Shown here piece by piece: positions 53,692-64,000 of a stretch of DNA of 64,000 bases (positions are counted from its first letter, which is position 1; each line of letters starts with the position of its first letter). Source of the DNA: the human T2T-CHM13v2.0 reference genome, Homo sapiens; the NCBI RefSeq assembly GCF_009914755.1, contig NC_060942.1. One strand, 5' to 3'. The notes under the pieces were generated by a model. It searched no databases. It was not told the origin of the DNA and saw nothing but the letters and a program-made list of their open reading frames with translations. The position numbers and the translations under genes were made by a program.

Positions 53692-56600
53692 CCCACCCCG
53701 GCTGCTCTTGACACTTCCATTGTGTGTGGGAACGTTTCTTCTGGAGAATTGGAACATGTGTGGCCCCAAGCTCAACAGAAACCAGTTGTTCCCAATCTGC
53801 CGTTACCATCAACGCACTGTTGCATATGCCAGCCACTGCGCTTGGTTCCCATTTTCTTTGCCAAGGTGTATTAGCGGACGGCCCTCTGGCCACCTACCCG
53901 AGAGATCGTAGGGTCACATACATCCAACTTCACCACTTGGCTGCTTGAGATTGGTTCTGCTCTTTTCTTCATTTCTTTCCAGAACAACTCTTTCCCACCC
54001 CAACACCACTGCCACCACCCCTCTTTTTATCCTGGTGTGAAACAATGGTAATTTGATATATGGTATTTATATTGGCATTTTTCAACCCAGTGTCACTAGA
54101 TGTCACACACATTTGTGGTGCTTTGATGTTTGCAAGTCTAACCTCTGAACATAAATTTGGTCAAATAATTGGAACAAAGGGAAACAGATACTTGATATGA
54201 AAGCCATAATGACGGTGACTTGTGTCGTGGGGGAAAACATAAGGTCATTTTCTCCCTCTACTCACAATACTAAAGGGAAAAAATGGATTCAAAGCTAGGA
54301 TTTCAGGGCCCAGCAGTGTTCCTCCATCAGCATGTTAGACAACTACACAGTATGTTGTTAGTTTTGAAAGACATTCACTCAAGGAAAACACCATCTCAAC
54401 TTTGCCCGCTCACCATGTCCCTTGCCCCCATGTAGCCCATTTCCCAGGTTATGCTCTTTTCTTTCTCAGGGTCCTCTTTGGTGGGCAGCCACTCCCCGAG
54501 ATGTTGCCATCAGTTTTCTGCAGTCCAAAGAGGGTATGGTTAGGTACGGGTCTTCCTGCCTCATTCCTCTTCCTCTTTGTGTAGGTTTCAGCCACAAAAC
54601 TGTCATTCACTCTAGGGGACCCCTACTAAAGGGTAACTTCAGGTGTGCAGCCCTGAGCTCCAAGGCTCTGCACCATGCCACACACTTGCTGTAAGGCTAG
54701 AAGTGAAGACCTTATTAATAGGAGCATAATTGCGAGGGAGAATCATGGTTCTGCAGTCTGGTGTAGACACTGGAATAACAGCACAGAAAAATCTATGACT
54801 CCCAATATCTTCTAGAATAAAGAATTTTCCCTCTTTAACACAAGGGCCCTCCTTGTCATTGACCTTAGCTAAACCATGGCAATTCATAAATAGAGGAAAC
54901 ATTAATGAATTAAAAGCATTCCTTATTTTTTAACTAATATTTGTACATTTTCTTAGTCTCTTTCCAAGTCTTTGCCTCTTTTTTTTCTTTATTTTTATTT
55001 TTTCCTTTGACAGATGGTATCCCTTCCTGGATCATTCATTTCACCTTGGTTTCTAACTTTAGGTTTACTTTCACTTGTTATTTGACTTAGCAGGTGCAAC
55101 AAAAACAAGAAACAAATGTGCCCACCCCACTTTCCGCTTAACTGAAAAGCTTAAAATAAATTTCTGAATTATGTATCCTGAAGCTTTGAAATTTCTTTAT
55201 TAATCGATGAAATATGAATTCTAAATTCTAGCATTGAAGCTTTTCACCAAAAGAAGTCTCTCCAAAATAAATCTTTTGCAGCAAAGTGATATTTATTGAG
55301 TTATGTGGAAAAGATGGCTTGTATTTTTCAGATTATTACAACACACTGTGCAGAATTAGACAGATGTTCCGTGGTGTTTGGTTTCCCTTTCTTCTCTCTC
55401 CTGCTCACTCTGCATTATAGCAGCAGCTTATTTCTCTAAGGCTGGACAGCCTGGCTCTCGGCAGTGACGTCCTCCCACACCTGGTCACAAGTAGTAGTGG
55501 CTGTGCTATACCCAGCATCATGCTTAACAGCGTGTTGCCCTTCTGAGCCTGTTGTACTCACTGATCTCTTTAAAAACAAAAAATAGCTCTTGTAAAAGGT
55601 CACAATAACTCTATGCACCTGATACTGCAGTGGTTCCTAGGCCATTCTTCATCTGCTCTGGACATCTCAGTCATACCCAATGCTCAGTGGATCATGACCA
55701 AACTCCTGTCATGTGGATGCACGTGAGTGGGTAGCAGGGAGTCAGGATCCTGCCTTCTCCAGCAACCCCTTACTGCTGTATAACTTGCATAAGCCTCCCT
55801 GGTGACTCTTGCAGGAACCACTCCATTGCCCTCCAGCTCCCCAGCCTTCTCAGTTATAAACATGCTGGCCAGATCTCTTAGCCTGCAAAGAGAACTTTCC
55901 CCAGTCACCATAGACCATTCTCCTTCCTGAAGGCTTGGGGCAGACCATTCGTTTATTTAGAGAAGAGCTATACATTCTTCTTTCTGGTCCCATCTTAAAC
56001 GTCTTCTGTTGTGCTGCACCCCAGATGGTGTCTCAGATGCTTTGGGGAATCTTTAACAGCTGAATTTGAGTCAGTCCTCTTAGGCTGCACCTCCAGCCTC
56101 TGCAGATCCCCCCTCATTTCCCATGGATGGTGGGACCCCATTATTCTCTCATCTCGGCATTCAGGGAACACTTTCCTTAGCGGCCCCTGGTCACATGTCA
56201 TCGGGCTGGGCAGGAAGCGTCCCTGGGTGCGTGCTCCACTTCTCCCTCTCAGGAAGCCCAGTTTCATCCTTAGTACCCCCCCTCGTGCCCGCTGTCGGCT
56301 GGTTATAGCACTTCCACTGCTACTGTCAGATAGGAAGTGATCGAAGCAGGGGGCAAAGAGAAAGCCCATATTTGTTCTAAGCAGAAAAGCAGGAAAAAAA
56401 AAAAAAAAAAGAAAGAAAAACACCTGTTGACCTGAGAGAAGTAAATTCCAGAAGGGAACCAAGAACTCTTCCCTTCCCTGGTGAGTATTTCCATTATTCC
56501 GTTAAGGTTTAATATGCATTCAGATTACTTTTACTAAATAGGACACCATAAAGCTTTTGTTATATATTAAATGTAAACTGAAAGGAATGTAAACATATGT

Positions 56601-56790
56601 ATTGTTAATTATAAATATAGATAAGTAATGACATAATAGATGAAAAAGTCTTATTCAGATGTATCACATTCATTTTACATTACCCACCTATTGTCGCATG
56701 GTAGAATAGTTTTTTGTCTCTGAATATGTGAATAACTTGACTTGCATTGATCTTTTTACATATTTAATAAAAAAAAAAGTATATGTTAAA
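53692..56790 (+). other. MAPRE2: MAPRE2 3' UTR (about 3.1 kb, end approximate)
   Basis: Sequence without recognisable interspersed repeats after the stop codon, ending in an AU-rich block with several TGTA motifs and AATAAA at 56766-56771. Confidence 0.8.
56766..56771 (+). terminator. Distal polyadenylation signal AATAAA
   Basis: Canonical hexamer with upstream TGTA elements (about 56570-56665) and T-rich downstream sequence. Confidence 0.8.
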
Positions 56791-59189
56791 ATCTGCCTGG
56801 AGTTACAGATTCTTAAATTTTTATGCTGAAGCTTCCCTTTTCAGTCAGCATGTGAATAGGAATAGATTTGTGTGGATTTACACATCTACCCACATTTTAT
56901 TATGATTTCCCCGGGGCGGGGGTTGTCTTTGTTTTTATTGATGGCCAATGTTGTTAACAAGAGTTACAGACTCGTATTTGATATCAAATGTAGCAGCTAT
57001 AATACCTTTTAAAAACTTTACCAAAAAAAAAAAAAAAAAAGACATAAAGAGAAAACATTCCCTTGGGAAACATTCCACCTGCAAGCAAACAGAATCCTAG
57101 CTCCTGCAGGTCCAGCATACTCCATCTGGACAAGACAGTGCTGGGCAAATAGGAAACTGTGGGAGAAGCAGGCAGATGTTTCTAAGTACAGCTTTGTGGC
57201 AGAATGACCTGCTTGACAAAAACCCTTTGAATAAGTGTTTGTTGACTTTAAACGGCAATGATTTATCGACATGAGCTATAATTGTAATAACAATTTAACA
57301 GATACAGGAATAGGTGAAAAGAGAAATGTATTTCAACTGGCCCAGTAATCACCTGTGGAGACTGCAGAGCAGGCCACACTGGGATGCAGACGTTACCCTG
57401 GAGCCTGCAGGTTACTGGGCTTCAGCTAATACCCTTTTCACCGTGAAGAGTGCCAGCCTTCCCTACGCTGCTTCCAAGCACCACCTAGAGGCCAGTTTGG
57501 TTTCTCTACTGTCCTTTGGCCACTATTTTCCAGTCACTTGCCTTTAGGCACATTTCTATTAAAATAAGTGGGAAAATAACAGAAAGCAAAGATGTTACCC
57601 CTCTTCTCCATCTACATTCATTTCCTCCCAAGGTACACCACTTGTGACAGAAGTTTGTGAGCCATTACCTGGGTTTGAAATCTCATGCTCAAAGTACATG
57701 TGTGTTTCCCATTTAATCCACGAACTCTGGGGTTTTAAACACTTGATCTTAGACATTTGTGCACAGACAAAAATACATGTGATTCATCTTACAAAATGTA
57801 CACTGGTGGACTCTAGTAAATCTGTCACTGATGGTTCAAAGGTGGCGAAATAACATGCTTGTTCTATTTTATTAAATCTGACATCATTTCTAAAAATTTG
57901 TTGCTTCTGGTACTATGGATAGGCTCAAGTCCAGAGACACCCCTTCTCAAAAAAGTTAATGGAATTCCATTGAATTTGAGTTACAAAATGCCAGTTCTCT
58001 AAAACACACACAGACAACTTGGTTTCTGACTTGTTTTATTCCTTTTAACTGCTAGAACACAACTATGATCATTAATTAAGGCTGCTATCACTAGTAATAA
58101 CTTTTACTGACCCAGTTTCTCAGCACTGAGGCAATGTTGCCAAATAGCACAAATGATGGATAAAAACATCTCCGTGGATGTCTAATAGCTCCTGTCTTGC
58201 CAAACTAGGAACTCATAAAAGATGTTTTCCACTCATTAGAGGAATCCTGGCTTTATTTGCCTAAAGGAAAGCAAAGCTGAGGAGAAAATCCATTGATCCC
58301 TGGAGGACCCTCACGTGGCATTGGTACTTTGGATCACAAGACTGCCCCACGGGCAGACCCCCCAACTCTGAGCCAGACCCCATGTCTTGTATAGATTACG
58401 AGTACACAGAAGGTGCATTTACTGAGGCTGTGCTTCTGTTTTGGGTTTACAAATGTCATCAAAATGGAAGACCCAGCTGAAGTTAATTTGTTGGATGCCT
58501 TTTTCTCTCAATTCACTGGAAAAAAAAAAATGTTTAACTTTTTAGCTTCCAAGTTTTAATTTCTAAAACAGGTTTCTTGTGGTATTTTGCAATGATTTTA
58601 TCATCAAGCCTGGTGATAAATTGTTTTTAAAGGGTAATGATGTATTAATGTACCTTTGAATTTACGATTCTCAGTAGGAAACTAACCCAAGACCTAAATG
58701 TTTTCTTTTCTAGAGAATAAAAAAGTTAAGTACATGTTTCCTTCTGTGTAGCTAACATCCTTCATATTTTTACACTATGGTATTTCTTTAGGTCTTGAAG
58801 GTTATCCATATACAATAAAAAAAAATATGTTTAGTAAAATGGTTTTTGTCAAATCTGAGAGCTTAAATGAAACTTTGGAAATTAAAAAGTAATGAAAAGG
58901 TCTCATAAATGTGTTTGGAACTTACTACTAGGATGCTGTCTTCTAATCTGATATATTTATTATGTAGATGAAACATGAACTTCTAACGGAACAGTTTTTC
59001 TTCCAGCTTGAAAGATCTTTTAGAAAAAGACCACAGAAAACCAAGCCAAATGTTAGTTTCTTTTAGGCTAAGTTATGTCAAGATAGGCTCAGAGGCCATC
59101 CTGTCCTGCAAACAAAGACATTGTCCAGTCACCTGAGCTTTAAAAAAAAAAAAAATGCAGAGAAGGAAAATGTGAATTTTACCCCAGAA

Positions 59190-64000
<4,811 letters not shown>

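Noticed and set aside
56393-56420. A-rich run in the 3' UTR as a transcript end or retrocopy tail
   Set aside because: No upstream hexamer or TSD; more likely a site of oligo-dT internal priming artefacts.
53692-56790. Individual miRNA seed matches in the 3' UTR
   Set aside because: 7-mers occur by chance in 3 kb and conservation cannot be assessed here.

Overview
This is primate (most likely human) genomic DNA containing the 3' part of MAPRE2 (EB2/RP1, microtubule end-binding protein family) on the + strand. Five coding exons are visible: 10765-10910, 15265-15478, 40269-40408, 45354-45512 and 53617-53691. They splice in frame through the rest of the CH domain, the Ser-rich linker, the coiled-coil/EBH domain and the C-terminal EEY tail. 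A 3' UTR of about 3.1 kb follows, ending near AATAAA at 56766. The start codon and upstream exons lie outside the window. The rest is intron or intergenic sequence dense in Alu, L1, L2, MIR, MaLR LTRs and DNA transposons; almost all ORFs in the supplied track are decayed-repeat or chance ORFs. I found no new multi-gene system. The most interesting signals concern RNA processing: intronic polyadenylation after exon 5, an inverted L1 stem ending beside the exon 4 acceptor, a stop-free 360-nt exon 3-4 circle and a decoy acceptor before exon 6. There are also several unexplained insertions and a probable template-switch scar. Exon numbers and repeat subfamily names are from memory, not from a database search.
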